Source: Terriglobia bacterium (lineage in GTDB: Bacteria; Acidobacteriota; Polarisedimenticolia; Polarisedimenticolales; JAIQFR01). Taken from it: DNA of 64,000 nucleotides. A program made the translations under genes and the position numbers. Positions 51,401 to 64,000 of the stretch are shown here, piece after piece (position 1 is the first letter of the stretch; every line of letters starts with the position of its first letter). The notes beneath the pieces are model-generated. The model was not told where the DNA came from and searched no databases. It saw only the letters and a program-made list of their open reading frames with translations. Location: positions 384,001 through 448,000 of the forward strand of contig CAVVHE010000008.1 of the NCBI GenBank assembly GCA_963748015.1, written 5' to 3'.

Positions 51401-54400
51401 ACGCCGACGTCTGCACGACAGACACCTGCACGGCGTCCGGCGGCGCCGCCATCGAGCTCGACGGTACGAACGACTACGTCAATCTCGGGAACGACGGCAA
51501 CACCGCCGCGGTGAACTACCTCACGAATTTCGGCACGGGCAGCTTCACCATCGAGGGTTGGTTCAGGGCGGACACCGCGACCACGTACATGGGGCTGTTC
51601 CGGCAGGGAAGCCAGAACGCCTACCCGCAGGTCGTGGTCCAATTCCCCGGTACGAGCCCCTATAACCGCATCGCGGGTTCCATCGAGACTTCGACGGGCG
51701 GCACGCAGGTGGACGCGACGGTTGCTACTCAGTTCACCGTCGGCCAGTGGTACCACTACGCGATGGTGGCGGACCGGACACCCGGGGCGCAGGCCCTCAC
51801 GGTCTACCTGCACGACGCGACCGGTGCCTTGGTCGGCAGCGCGCAGGCGGCCGCCAGCGCCTGGAGCACCTATCCGATCAACGACACCTACACCGGCACG
51901 TCGCCGAACGAGGTGCGCGACCCGGCGCTCATGGGCGTCGCGCGCACGCCGTCACCGGGTGCGAACTACAACTACTACTTCGATGGCCGACTCGACGAAA
52001 TGCGGATCTGGGACCACGCCCGGACGGCCCAGCAGATCCTCGACAACGTCAAGCTGCAGATCCCGTCGGCCACGGGCCTCGTGCACCGCTGGGCGATGAG
52101 CGAGGGAACGGGGACGACGATGGCCGACACGGGCGCCGCCCCGACGACGGTGGCGAACCTGGTCAACGGTCCCACGTGGCGGACGCTCACGGCCGACCTC
52201 CCGCCCTTCGCGGAAGGCACCTGCGAGTACACCCCGGTGCCCGGCTGCTGCAACACGAACGACGAATGCGCCGACGCCGACCCCTGCACGATCGATACGT
52301 GCAACCCGGTGTCGCACACGTGCGGTAATGTTCCGGCGGGCGAGTGCTGCGTGGACGCGGACTGCAACGACAGCAACGTCTGCACCGACGACACGTGCGA
52401 CACGGGGACGAACGCGTGCGGCCACACGTTCAACACGGACCCGTGCAACGACGGCAACCCGGGCACCGGCAACGACGTGTGCGCGGGAGGAGTGTGCGCG
52501 GGAAGCGACCTCTGCGCCGGTGTGACGTGCACGGCCCTGGACCAGTGCCACGTGCCGGGCGTCTGCGATCCGCAGACCGGAATCTGTACTCCGAGCCCGG
52601 CGGCGCCGGACGGCACCGGATGCAGCGACGGGAACGCGTGCACCGCGACCGACATGTGCCAATCGGGAGCTTGCGCCCCGGGTGCCCCGCTCGATTGCAG
52701 CGACAGTGACGACTGCACGACCGATTCCTGCGACCCCGCGAGCGGTTGCCGCAACACGCCGCTGAACTGCTTCGACGGCGACTCCTGCACGCTGGACTCG
52801 TGCGCCGCGGGCGTCTGCCAGCACCAGGCGATCGATTGCGAGAACGAGATCGCGGGACCGTTCGACGGCACCTTCCTGACCACGGAGGCGGGAGGAGGGG
52901 CCACGCCCGAAGACCCGATGGCCACCACCGTGACCAGTCCTGTGAGCGGAACGATCGAGATTCACGAGACCGTCGCGGCCGGGAACGCGCCCTCGGGCGT
53001 CACGTTCATCGACCTGCAGGTCGAGGTCACCGCGCCGCCGGCGTCGAGCGCCGCGCCGCTGCACCTGACGTTCCGGCTCGACGCTTCATCGCTTCCTACC
53101 GGCCTCCTGATCGATGGGCTCGCCGTCTACAGGGACGGCGTCGCGGTGCCGAATTGCACCGGGGCCCCCGGCGTCGCTGACCCGGACCCGTGCGTGAGCA
53201 GCCGCGCATTCCTTCCGGACGGGGACGCGCAGGTCGACGTGTTGACGTCGACCGCGAGCGCGTGGAACTTCGGCTATACGGACTGCGGAAGTCTCGCGGA
53301 TGGCACGCCGTGTGACGATGAGAACGCATGCACGCAAACCGACACGTGCCAGGCCGGCGTGTGCACCGGCGAGAACCCAGTGGTCTGCACCGCGCTGAAT
53401 CCGTGCCACGACGTGGGAACGTGCGATACGGTCACGGGCGTCTGCTCGGACCCGCCGAAGACGGACGGGACGCTGTGCGACGACGGCGACGCCTGCACGC
53501 AAGAGGACACCTGCCAGGCGGGGGCGTGCGCCAGCGGGACCCCGGTCTCCTGCGACGACTTCAGGCCCTGCACGGACGACACGTGCGACCCGTTGGGCGG
53601 CTGTATCCATACGCCGGACGATACGAACAGCTGCTCGGACGGCAACCTCTGTAACGGGCTCGAGACCTGCTCGGGCGGGGACTGCGCCCCGGGCACGCCG
53701 CTGACCTGCAGCGACGGCAACCCGTGCACGGACGACACGTGCGACCCGGTGAGCGGGTGCGTGTACACGCCGGACGACACGAACAGCTGCGACGACGGAA
53801 CGATCTGCACGATCGGTGACGCGTGCCTGGGTGGATTGTGCGTCGGCAGCCCCACCTGCAACGACGGGAACGTCTGCACCAGCGACGTTTGCACGGGTAC
53901 GAACGTCAACGGGTACGCCCTCAACTTCGACGGCGCGGACGACCACGTGACGATGGGACAGGCCGCCGGCGAGTCCGCCCTCGGCGCTCGGGCGTTCACG
54001 CTCGAGGCCTGGGTCAAGCGGGACGGCGCCTCGTGGGGGAACGCGAACGCGTCGACGGGCACGGGCGGGCTCCAGAACGTGGTGGCGCTGATCACCAAGG
54101 GCCGCAGCGAGGCGGACGGGACGACCCAGGACTGCAACTACTTCTTCGGCATCACGGCGGGCGGCCGGCTGGTCGCGGACTTCGAGCAATACGCGGCTAG
54201 CGGTACCGGCGGGACCGTTCCGGCGGGTCAGAATCGCCCCATCTGCAGCACTTCGACCGGCGGAGCCATCGCCGACCAGAACTGGCATCACGTCGCCGTC
54301 ACTTACAGCACGGCGGCCGGCTGGAAGCTCTACCTGGACGGCGCGGACGTGACCGCGGCCAACGGTCTCCCGGCGACTTGCGGCACCGAGTCTACGTGTT

Positions 54401-57400
54401 CGGATGGCTCGATCTGCGTACAGAGTCCTGGGGTCGAGCCGAGATACGACAGCATCCAGCACTTCGGCCTGGGTGTCGCGCTGAACAGCACGGGAGCCAG
54501 CCCGGGCGGCTATTTCGGCGGGATGATGGACGAGCCGCGCGTGTGGAACTACGCGCGATCGGCCGCCGAGATTCGGACCGGAATGTCCATGCAGATCCAG
54601 GCGGCCGCGGGGCTGATCGGACACTGGGGATTGAACGAGGGGTCGGGGACGACGGCCAACGATTCGACGACACCCGCGCAGAACGGGACGCTCACCGGCG
54701 GTCCGGCATGGGCCTCGGCGGCAGAGCCCGCCCTCGGACAGTGCGAGTACGTCGCCATCGCCAACTGCTGCGTCACGGCCGCCGAGTGCAACGACGGAAA
54801 CGTCTGCACCGACGACGCGTGCACGGGGAACCAGTGCGAGCACGCGAACAACGCCGCGTCCTGCACGGACGGGAACAGCTGCACGTCCGAGGACGTGTGT
54901 TCCGGCGGAACCTGTACCGGCACGCCGATACCGGACTGCTGCCAGGGGGACGCGCAGTGCGACGACGGGAACGGCTGCACGACGGACTCGTGCAACACGG
55001 GCAACGCCGCCGCGATCGAGCTCAACGGGACGACCCAATACGTCAACCTCGGCAACGACGGCAACACCGCGAACGTCAACTTCCTGACGAACTACGGTAC
55101 GAACAGCTTCACGATCGAGGGCTGGTTCTGGGCGGATGCGTCGAACACCGACCGGATCGGGATCTTCCGGCAGGGTAGTCAGGGTAGCTATCCGCAGGTC
55201 GTGGTCCAGCTCATGAGCTCGAACAGGATCGCGGCATCGGTCGAGGCGAGCACGACCGGAACCCAGGTCGACACCGCGACCCCGCCGACGTTCACGCTGG
55301 GCGCCTGGCACCACTTCGCGATGGTGGTGGTGCGTGACCTGGTCACTCCTGCCAACCAGCGGCTCAACCTGTACTTGGACGGCGTCCTCAAGGAAAGCAC
55401 TCTTGCTTCGTTGTGGGGAACGTATCCCATCAACGACTCGAGCCTCTCCGGCACCTATGACTCCGTGATCCTCGGCGCCGCCCGGACGGCACCCGGGGCG
55501 AATTACGGCCTGTATCTCGACGGGCGGCTGGACGAATTCCGGATCTGGGACCATGCGCGCGACGCGACCCAAATCGCCGCGAACATGAACAAGCAGATCC
55601 TATCTGCGCCGGGGTTGCGGCACCGCTGGGCGATGAACGAGGGAGCCGGGACGACGGCGGCGGATTCCGGCTCGACGCCGACGACCGCGGCAACGCTCGT
55701 CAACGCTCCAATCTGGCGCGCTGTACCGGGGGACATTCCGGCTTTCGGGAACGACCGCTGCCAGCACGCCAACAACACGCTGCCCTGCGAGGACGGCTCT
55801 TACTGCACGGTCAACGACGCGTGCGGTGGCGGCGCGTGTACCGGCGGGGCGCAGCGGGACTGCTCGGACAGCGTGGCTTGCACGACCGACGCTTGTGACG
55901 AGGGAGCGGACAGTTGCACCCACACGGCATCGAACGCGGCGTGCGACGACGGGCTGTGGTGCAACGGCGCCGAGACGTGCGATTTGGTCGGAGGGTGCCA
56001 GGCGGGCACCGAGCCGAGCTGCGACGACGGCGTCGCCTGCACGACCGACGCGTGCGACGAGGGGACGGACAGCTGCACGCACGTCGCATCGAACGCGGCG
56101 TGCGACGACGGCCTGTTCTGTACCGACGACGTCTGCGATCCGGTCCAGGGCTGCCAGCACTCCGCGCGAAGCTGCGATGACGGTGTCGCCTGCACGACGG
56201 ACGCCTGCGACGAGGGGTCGGATAGCTGCACACACACGGCATCGAACGCGGCGTGCGACGACGGCCTGTTCTGTACCGACGACGTGTGCGATCCGGTCCA
56301 GGGCTGCCAGCACCCGGCGCATGGTTGCGCCGACGGTGTCGCCTGCACGACCGACGCTTGTGACGAGGGAACGGACAGCTGCACCCACGCGGCATCGAAC
56401 GCGGCGTGCGACGACGGGCTATGGTGCAACGGCGCGGAGACGTGCGATCCGGTCGGGGGCTGCCAACCGGGTACCCCGCCCAGTTGCGACGACGGCGTCG
56501 CCTGCACGACCGACGCTTGCGACGAGGGGGCGGACAGCTGCACGCACGCTGCCTCGAATGCGGCATGCGACGACGGCCTGTTCTGTACCGAGGACGCCTG
56601 CGATCCGGTCCAGGGTTGCCAGCACTCCGCGCGCGGCTGCGATGACGGTGTGGCCTGCACGACGGACGCTTGCGACGAGGAAACGGACAGTTGCACGCAC
56701 GCGGCGTCGAATGCGGCGTGCGACGACGGGCTCTTCTGTACCGACGACGTCTGCGATCCGGTCCAGGGATGCCAGCACCCGGCGCACAGCTGCGCCGACG
56801 GTGTCGCCTGCACGACCGACGCTTGTGACGAGGGAACGGACAGCTGCACCCACGCGGCATCGAACGCGGCGTGCGACGACGGGCTGTGGTGCAACGGCGC
56901 CGAGACGTGCGACCCGGTCGGGGGCTGCCAATCGGGTACCCCGCCCAGTTGCGACGACGGCGTCGCCTGCACGAACGACGCTTGCGACGAGGTAGCCGAT
57001 TCTTGCGCGCACGCGCCGTCGGATGCGGCATGCGGCGACGGGAACGCCTGCACGACGGATACCTGCGATCCGCTCCTCGGCTGCCGCCATACTGCCGTAA
57101 CCTGTGACGATGGCAGCGCCTGCACCAGCGACTCGTGCGACCCGCTGCTCGGCTGCGTCTTCATCGCGAATCCGACCGTATGCGACGATGGCAGGGCCTG
57201 CACCAGCGACACGTGCGCCGGTCCGTTCGGCAACTTCGCTCTGAGCTTCAACGGCACGAACCAGAGTCTCGACTTCGGGGCGGCCGCGGACCACCCGGAG
57301 CTCGGTCTCTCGCAGTTCACGCTCGAAGCGTGGATCTACCGGAGTACGGGAGGAACCACGGCGAGCTCGGGCACGGGCGGCGTCGTGGGCTACCCGATCA

Positions 57401-60400
57401 TCGCCAAGGGCGTCGGCGAAGGCGACAACAGCAACGTCGACGCGAACTACTTCTTCGCGATCGACTCGGCGACGGGCAAGCTGGGTGCGGATTTCGAGGA
57501 GGGCGTCGGCCAGGCGAGCCCCGGACTCAACCATCCGATCCTCGGGAATACCGTCGTCCCGCTGAACGAGTGGCACCACGTCGCGGTGACGTACGACGGC
57601 ACGACATGGGCGCTTTACCTCGACGGGAATGTCGACGGAACGCTCGTCGTGGGACGCCTGCCGCGCTCCGACAGCATCCAGCGTTTCGCCGTGGCCACGA
57701 CGACGAATTCCACCGGAGCGGACGCCGGCTTCTTCAGCGGCCAAATCGACGAGGTCCGGGTGTGGAATGTCGCCCGGTCGGCCTTGGATATCTCGACCTC
57801 GAGGAACCGGCGCATCACCGCAGCACAGGGCCTCGTGGGGCGTTGGGGTCTCGACGAGGGAGCCGGCGGGGCGGTAGGCGACTCGACCGGGGCGAACAAC
57901 GGAACGCTCGTCAACGCGCCGACATGGGTCTCGGGAGCTTCGGGCCTTGGCACGGCGACATGCTCTTACGCGAACGCGTCCAGCGGTACGGTGTGCGACG
58001 ACGGCAACGCGTGCACGACGGGGGATCAGTGCTCGGCAGGCACTTGCGGCGGAACCTCGGTGCCGGGCTGTTGCCTCACGGCCGCGGACTGCGTCGACGT
58101 CGACACCTGCACGGCCGACGCGTGCGTCGACAGTCAGTGCATCCACACGCCGATTCCGGACTGCTGTCAGTCCAGCGCGCAGTGTGACGACGGAAACGTT
58201 TGCACCACCGAGTCCTGCAACACCGCGAACGACGCGGCCATCAAGCTCAACGGCACGAGCCAGTACGTTAACCTCGGCAACGACGGCGCCACGACGGCGG
58301 TGAACTACCTGACGAACTTCGGAAGCGGCAGCTTCACGATAGAGGGATGGTTCGCGTTCGACAACCCGAGCACTCCGGCGCTGTACGCCGCGATCTTCCG
58401 TCAGGGTCGGCAGGGCACGAACCCGCAGGTCGTCGTGCAGTACAACGGTGGCTTCGCGGTGTCCGTGGAGACCGACACCGGGAACCAGAAGGACATCGCG
58501 ACCGCGCTAACGTTCCCGGACAGCGCGTGGCATCACTTCGCGATGGTCGTCAACCGCACGACCAACCAGCTCGAGTTGTGGCTCGACGGGGTCAAGAAGA
58601 ACAACGTCGACACGTCGGTCTGGGGCGCCTCCACGATCAGCAACAAGTACACGGCCGACGCGGTGTGGCTCGGCGTGGCGCGCGACAGCGCGGGCGCGAT
58701 CGTCTCTGGCAGCTACCTGAACGGTAAGGTCGACGAGCTCCGGACCTGGGACTACGCCTGGACCGCAACCGATTTCGGGAGCTACATGGGCCGGGAGCTG
58801 ACTTCGGCGCCGGGCTTGCGCCATCGCTGGGCGATGAACGAGGGATCCGGAACGACGACGGCGGACTCGGGATCGACACCGACGGGGGCTGCGACGCTGG
58901 TCGGCACACCGACCTGGCTCACGAGTTCCGCTTCTATCCCCGCGTACGGAAACGACAGGTGCCTGCGCGCGAACAACACGCTGTCGTGCGAGGACGGGGC
59001 CTATTGCACGATCGGCGACGTTTGCGACGGCGGCTTCTGCGTGGGGGGAACGCAACGGAACTGCTCGGACGGCGTCGTCTGTACTGCTGACGCCTGCGAC
59101 GAGGGTGCGGACTCCTGCACACACGTTGCGACCAACGCCGCGTGCGAGGACGGAAGCGTCTGCAACGGGCTCGAGACCTGCGATCCGGTTGCCGGGTGCC
59201 AGCCCGGGACTCCGCTTACTTGCGACGACGGACTGTGGTGCAACGGCACCGAGACGTGCGACCCGATCACGGGCTGCCAGCCGGGTACGGCTCCGAACTG
59301 CAACGACAACGTTGATTGCACGTCGGACGCCTGCGACGAAGCAGCGGATAGTTGCACCCACGCGGCGAGCAATGCCGCGTGCGATGACGCGAACGTCTGC
59401 AACGGGCTCGAGACCTGCGACCCGGTTGCCGGGTGCCAGCCCGGGACTCCGCTCACTTGCGACGACGGAAACGTCTGCAACGGACTCGAGACCTGCGATC
59501 CGGTCAACGGTTGCCAGCCTGGAACACCGCTCACCTGCGACGACGGGTTGTGGTGCAACGGGACCGAGACTTGCGACCCGATCACGGGCTGCCAGCCGGG
59601 CACGGCTCCGAATTGCAATGACGGCGTGGCTTGTACGACGGACGCGTGCGACGAGGCGATCGACAGCTGCACGCACGAGCCAAGCAACGCGGCGTGCGAC
59701 GACGCGAACGTCTGCAACGGGCCTCGAGACCTGCGACCCGGTTAGCGGGTGCCAGCCGGGGACTACCGCTCACTTGCGACGACGGGTTGTGGTGCAACGG
59801 CGACCGAGACGTGCGACCCGATCACGGGCTGCCAGCCGGGCACGGCTCCGAATTGCAGTGACGGCGTGGCCTGCACGACGGACGCCTGCGATGAAGCGAT
59901 CGACAGCTGCACGCGCATAGCCAACAACGCGGCGTGCGATGACGCGAACGTCTGCAACGGGCTCGAGACCTGCGATCCGGTTAGCGGGTGCCAGCCGGGA
60001 ACGCCGCTGACCTGCGACGACGGAAACGTCTGCAACGGCCTCGAGAGCTGCGACCCGGTCACCGGGTGCGAGCCGGGGATACCGCTCACCTGCGACGACG
60101 GGTTGTGGTGCAACGGCACCGAGACCTGCGACCCGATCACGGGCTGCCAGTCGGGCACGGGTCCGAACTGCAACGACAGTGTCGATTGCACGACGGACGC
60201 CTGCGATGAAGCGATCGACAGCTGCACGCACGTAGCCAACAACGCGGCGTGCGACGACGCGAACGTCTGCAACGGCCTCGAGAGCTGCGACCCGGTCACC
60301 GGGTGCCAGCCGGGGACACCGATCACCTGCGACGACGGGTTGTGGTGCAACGGGACCGAGACGTGCGACCCGATCACGGGCTGCCAGCCGGGCACGCCTC

Positions 60401-63400
60401 CGAATTGCAATGATGGCGTGGCCTGCACGACGGACGCCTGCGATGAAGCGATCGACAGCTGCACGCACGTAGCCAACAACGCGGCGTGCGACGACGCGAA
60501 CGTCTGCAACGGGCTCGAGACCTGCGACCCGGTCACCGGGTGCCAGCCTGGAACGCCGCTGACCTGCGACGACGGAAACGTCTGCAACGGGCTCGAGACC
60601 TGCGATCCGGTTGGCGGGTGCCAGCCTGGAACGCCGCTGACCTGCGACGACGGGTTGTGGTGCGACGGCACCGAGACGTGCGACCCGATCACGGGCTGCC
60701 AGCCCGGCACGGCTCCGAATTGCAATGACGGCGTGGCCTGCACGACGGACGCCTGCGATGAAGCGATCGACAGCTGCACGCACGTAGCCAACAACGCGGC
60801 GTGCGACGACGCGAACGTCTGCAACGGCCTCGAGAGCTGCGACCCGGTCACCGGGTGCCAGCCGGGGACTACCGCTCACCTGCGACGACGGGTTGTGGTG
60901 CAACGGCACCGAGACTTGCGACCCGATCACGGGCTGCCAGCCGGGCACGGCTCCGAATTGCAATGACGGCGTGGCTTGCACGACGGACGCCTGCAATGAA
61001 GCGATCGACAGCTGCACGCACGTAGCCAACAACGCGGCGTGCGACGACGCGAACGTCTGCAACGGCCTCGAGAGCTGCGACCCGGTCACCGGGTGCCAGC
61101 CTGGGATACCGCTCACCTGCGACGACGGGCTGTGGTGCAACGGCACCGAGACCTGCGACCCGATCACGGGCTGCCAGCCGGGCACGGGTCCGAACTGCAA
61201 CGACAGTGTCGATTGCACGACGGACGCCTGCGATGAAGCGATCGACAGCTGCACGCACGTAGCCAACAACGCGGCGTGCGATGACGCGAACGTCTGCAAC
61301 GGCCTCGAGAGCTGCGATCCGGTCACCGGGTGCCAGCCGGGGACACCGCTCACCTGCGACGACGGGTTGTGGTGCAACGGGACCGAGACGTGCGACCCGA
61401 TCACGGGCTGCCAGCCGGGCACGGCTCCGAACTGCAACGACAGCGTGGCTTGCACGACGGACGCCTGCGACGAAGCAGCGGATAGTTGCACGCACGCGGC
61501 AAGCAACGCGGCGTGCGATGACGCGAACGTCTGCAACGGCCTCGAGAGCTGCGACCCGGTCACCGGGTGCGAGCCGGGGATACCGCTCACCTGCGACGAC
61601 GGGTTGTGGTGCAACGGCACCGAGACTTGCGACCCGATCACGGGCTGCCAGCCGGGCACGGGTCCGAACTGCAACGACAGTGTCGATTGCACGACGGACG
61701 CCTGCGATGAAGCGATCGACAGCTGCACGCACGTAGCCAACAACGCGGCGTGCGACGACGCGAACGTCTGCAACGGGCTCGAGACCTGCGATCCGGTTAG
61801 CGGGTGCCAGCCTGGGACGCCGCTTACTTGCGACGACGGAAACGTCTGCAACGGGCTCGAGACCTGCGATCCGGTTGGCGGGTGCCAGCCTGGAACGCCG
61901 CTGACCTGCGACGACGGACTGTGGTGCAACGGCACCGAGACGTGCGAACCGATCACGGGCTGCCAGCCGGGCACGGCTCCGAATTGCAACGACAGTGTTG
62001 ATTGCACGACGGACGCCTGCGATGAAGCGATCGATAGTTGCACGCACGCGGCAAGCAACGCGGCGTGCGATGACGCGAACGTCTGCAACGGGCTCGAGAC
62101 CTGCGATCCGGTTAGCGGGTGCCAGCCCGGGACTCCGCTTACTTGCGACGACGGGTTGTGGTGCAACGGCACCGAGACCTGCGACCCGATCACGGGCTGC
62201 CAGCCGGGCACGGCTCCGAACTGCAACGACGGCGTGGCTTGCACGACGGACGCCTGTGACGAAGCAACGGATAGTTGCACGCACGCGGCAAACAACGCGG
62301 CGTGCGATGACGCGAACGTCTGCAACGGGCTCGAGACCTGCGATCCGGTTAGCGGGTGCCAGCCCGGGACTCCGCTCACTTGCGACGACGGAAACGTCTG
62401 CAACGGACTCGAGACCTGCGATCCGGTCAACGGTTGCCAGCCTGGAACGCCGCTGACCTGCGACGACGGACTGTGGTGCAACGGCACCGAGACGTGCGAC
62501 CCGATCACGGGCTGTCAGCCGGGTACGGCTCCGAATTGCAATGACGGCGTGGCCTGCACGACGGACGCCTGCGATGAAGCGATCGACAGCTGCACGCACG
62601 TAGCCAACAACGCGGCGTGCGACGACGCGAACGTCTGCAACGGCCTCGAGAGCTGCGACCCGGTCACCGGGTGCCAGCCGGGGATACCGCTCACCTGCGA
62701 CGACGGGTTGTGGTGCAACGGCGCCGAGACTTGCGAACAGATCACGGGCTGCCAGCCGGGCACGGCTCCGAATTGCAACGACAATGTTGATTGCACGTCG
62801 GACGCGTGCGACGAAGCGAGCGGATAGTTGCACCCACGCGGCGAGCAATGCCGCGTGCGACGACGCGAACGTCTGCAACGGGCTCGAAACCTGCGATCCG
62901 GTTAGCGGGTGCCAGCCCGGGACTCCGCTTACTTGCGACGACGGAAACGTCTGCAACGGACTCGAGACCTGCGATCCGGTTGGCGGGTGCCAGCCTGGAA
63001 CGCCGCTGACCTGCGACGACGGACGGTGGTGCGACGGCATCGAGACGTGCGAACCGATCACGGGCTGCCAGCCGGGCACGGCTCCGAATTGCAGTGACGG
63101 CGTGGCTTGTACGACCGATGCGTGTGACGAGGCAACGGATAGTTGCACGCACGCGGCAAGCAACGCGGCGTGCGATGACGCGAATGTCTGCAACGGCCTC
63201 GAGAGCTGCGACCCGGTTGCCGGGTGCCAGCCCGGGACTCCGCTCACTTGCGACGACGGAAACGTCTGCAACGGACTCGAGACCTGCGATCCGGTCAACG
63301 GTTGCCAGCCTGGAACGCCGCTGACCTGCGACGACGGACTGTGGTGCAACGGCACCGAGACGTGCGACCCGATCACGGGCTGCCAGCCGGGTACGGCTCC

Positions 63401-64000
63401 GAATTGCAATGACAGCGTGGCCTGCACGACGGACGCCTGCGATGAAGCGATCGACAGCTGCACGCACGTAGCCAACAACGCGGCGTGCGACGACGCGAAC
63501 GTCTGCAACGGCCTCGAGAGCTGCGACCCGGTCACCGGGTGCCAGCCGGGGATACCGCTCACCTGCGACGACGGGTTGTGGTGCAACGGCGCCGAGACTT
63601 GCGAACAGATCACGGGCTGCCAGCCGGGCACGGCTCCGAACTGCAACGACAATGTTGATTGCACGTCGGACGCGTGCGACGAAGCAGCGGATAGTTGCAC
63701 CCACGCGGCAAGCAACGCGGCGTGCGATGACGCGAACGTCTGCAACGGGCTCGAAACCTGCGATCCGGTTAGCGGGTGCCAGCCTGGGACTCCGCTTACT
63801 GCGACGACAAAAACGTCTGCAACGGACTCGAGTGCGATCGGTAACGGTTGCCAGCCTGGAACGCCGCTGACCTGCGACGACGGACTGTGGTGCAACGGCA
63901 CCGAGACGTGCGACCCGATCACGGGCTGCCAGCCGGGCACGGCTCCGAATTGCAATGACGGCGTGGCCTGCACGACGGACGCCTGCGATGAAGCGATCGA
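45421..64000 (+). CDS. Giant secreted Cys-rich multidomain protein (2 DNRLRE-like, beta-sandwich, metallophosphoesterase, 6 LamG, Cys repeats); at least about 6,190 codons, open at the right edge, indels after 59.7 kb
   Basis: 4774-aa ORF with N-terminal hydrophobic signal; the same repeat peptide continues in shifted frames to the window end. Confidence 0.88.
55850..57220 (+). repeat. Coding tandem array 1 of 24-27-aa Cys modules
   Basis: DDGVACTTDACDEGTDSCTHAASNAAC alternates with DDGLFCTDDVCDPVQGCQH... or DDGLWCNGAETCDPVGGCQPGTPPSC. Confidence 0.9.
59060..64000 (+). repeat. Coding tandem array 2: 237-nt and 315-nt units built from 78/81-nt Cys modules
   Basis: DDANVCNGLETCDPV.GCQPGTPLTC / optional DDGNVC... 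/ DDGLWCNGTETCDPITGCQPGTAPNC / NDGVACTTDACDEAIDSCTHVANNAAC. Confidence 0.95.

Noticed and set aside
59716..62827. Programmed frameshifting or a pseudogene
   Set aside because: No slippery heptamers; the indels are better explained as merged repeat variants (reads needed to be sure)
46459..63973. Long minus-strand ORFs inside the giant gene
   Set aside because: Mirror translations of the Cys repeats (SSQ/VQ/SH patterns) with no independent coding signal
59060..64000. CRISPR array or DGR template/variable repeat
   Set aside because: Units are codon-multiple and contiguous with no unique spacers; variation is not adenine-specific; no cas or reverse transcriptase gene in the window

Overview
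High-GC bacterial DNA in three blocks; the gene style suggests Acidobacteriota or a related lineage, which is inference only. (1) 1-31.1 kb is a large flagellar cluster, mostly on the minus strand. It runs fliC-flaG-fliD-fliS-fliT, a divergent FleQ-like activator, a FleS/FleR-like pair, flgBC-fliEFGHIJ-motE-like, fliK, flgDE, fliNOPQR-flhBAFG-fliA-fliM-fliN and flgFG (flgG cut by the window edge). Seven sigma54 promoters, one sigma28 promoter and a phased CGGC(A/C)-N6-TGCCG dyad at four promoters can be read directly, and they imply a four-tier regulatory cascade. (2) 31.4-44.4 kb holds two convergent glycosyltransferases separated by a 169-bp cloverleaf element with 32-bp terminal inverted repeats. 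It also has a LolA-like plus VPS10/Asp-box gene pair that appears fused, a redoxin, MsrA, two GT-C-like membrane proteins and a 44-aa membrane peptide. (3) A hairpin-rich non-coding stretch of about 1 kb precedes a giant secreted Cys-rich protein gene of at least about 6,190 codons, still open at the right edge. It carries 2 DNRLRE-like domains, a beta-sandwich, a metallophosphoesterase, 6 LamG domains in three alternating pairs, and long tandem arrays of 24-27-aa Dictyostelium-like Cys repeats. The frameshifts in the last array look like consensus artefacts. No rRNA, tRNA, CRISPR or transposase was seen.
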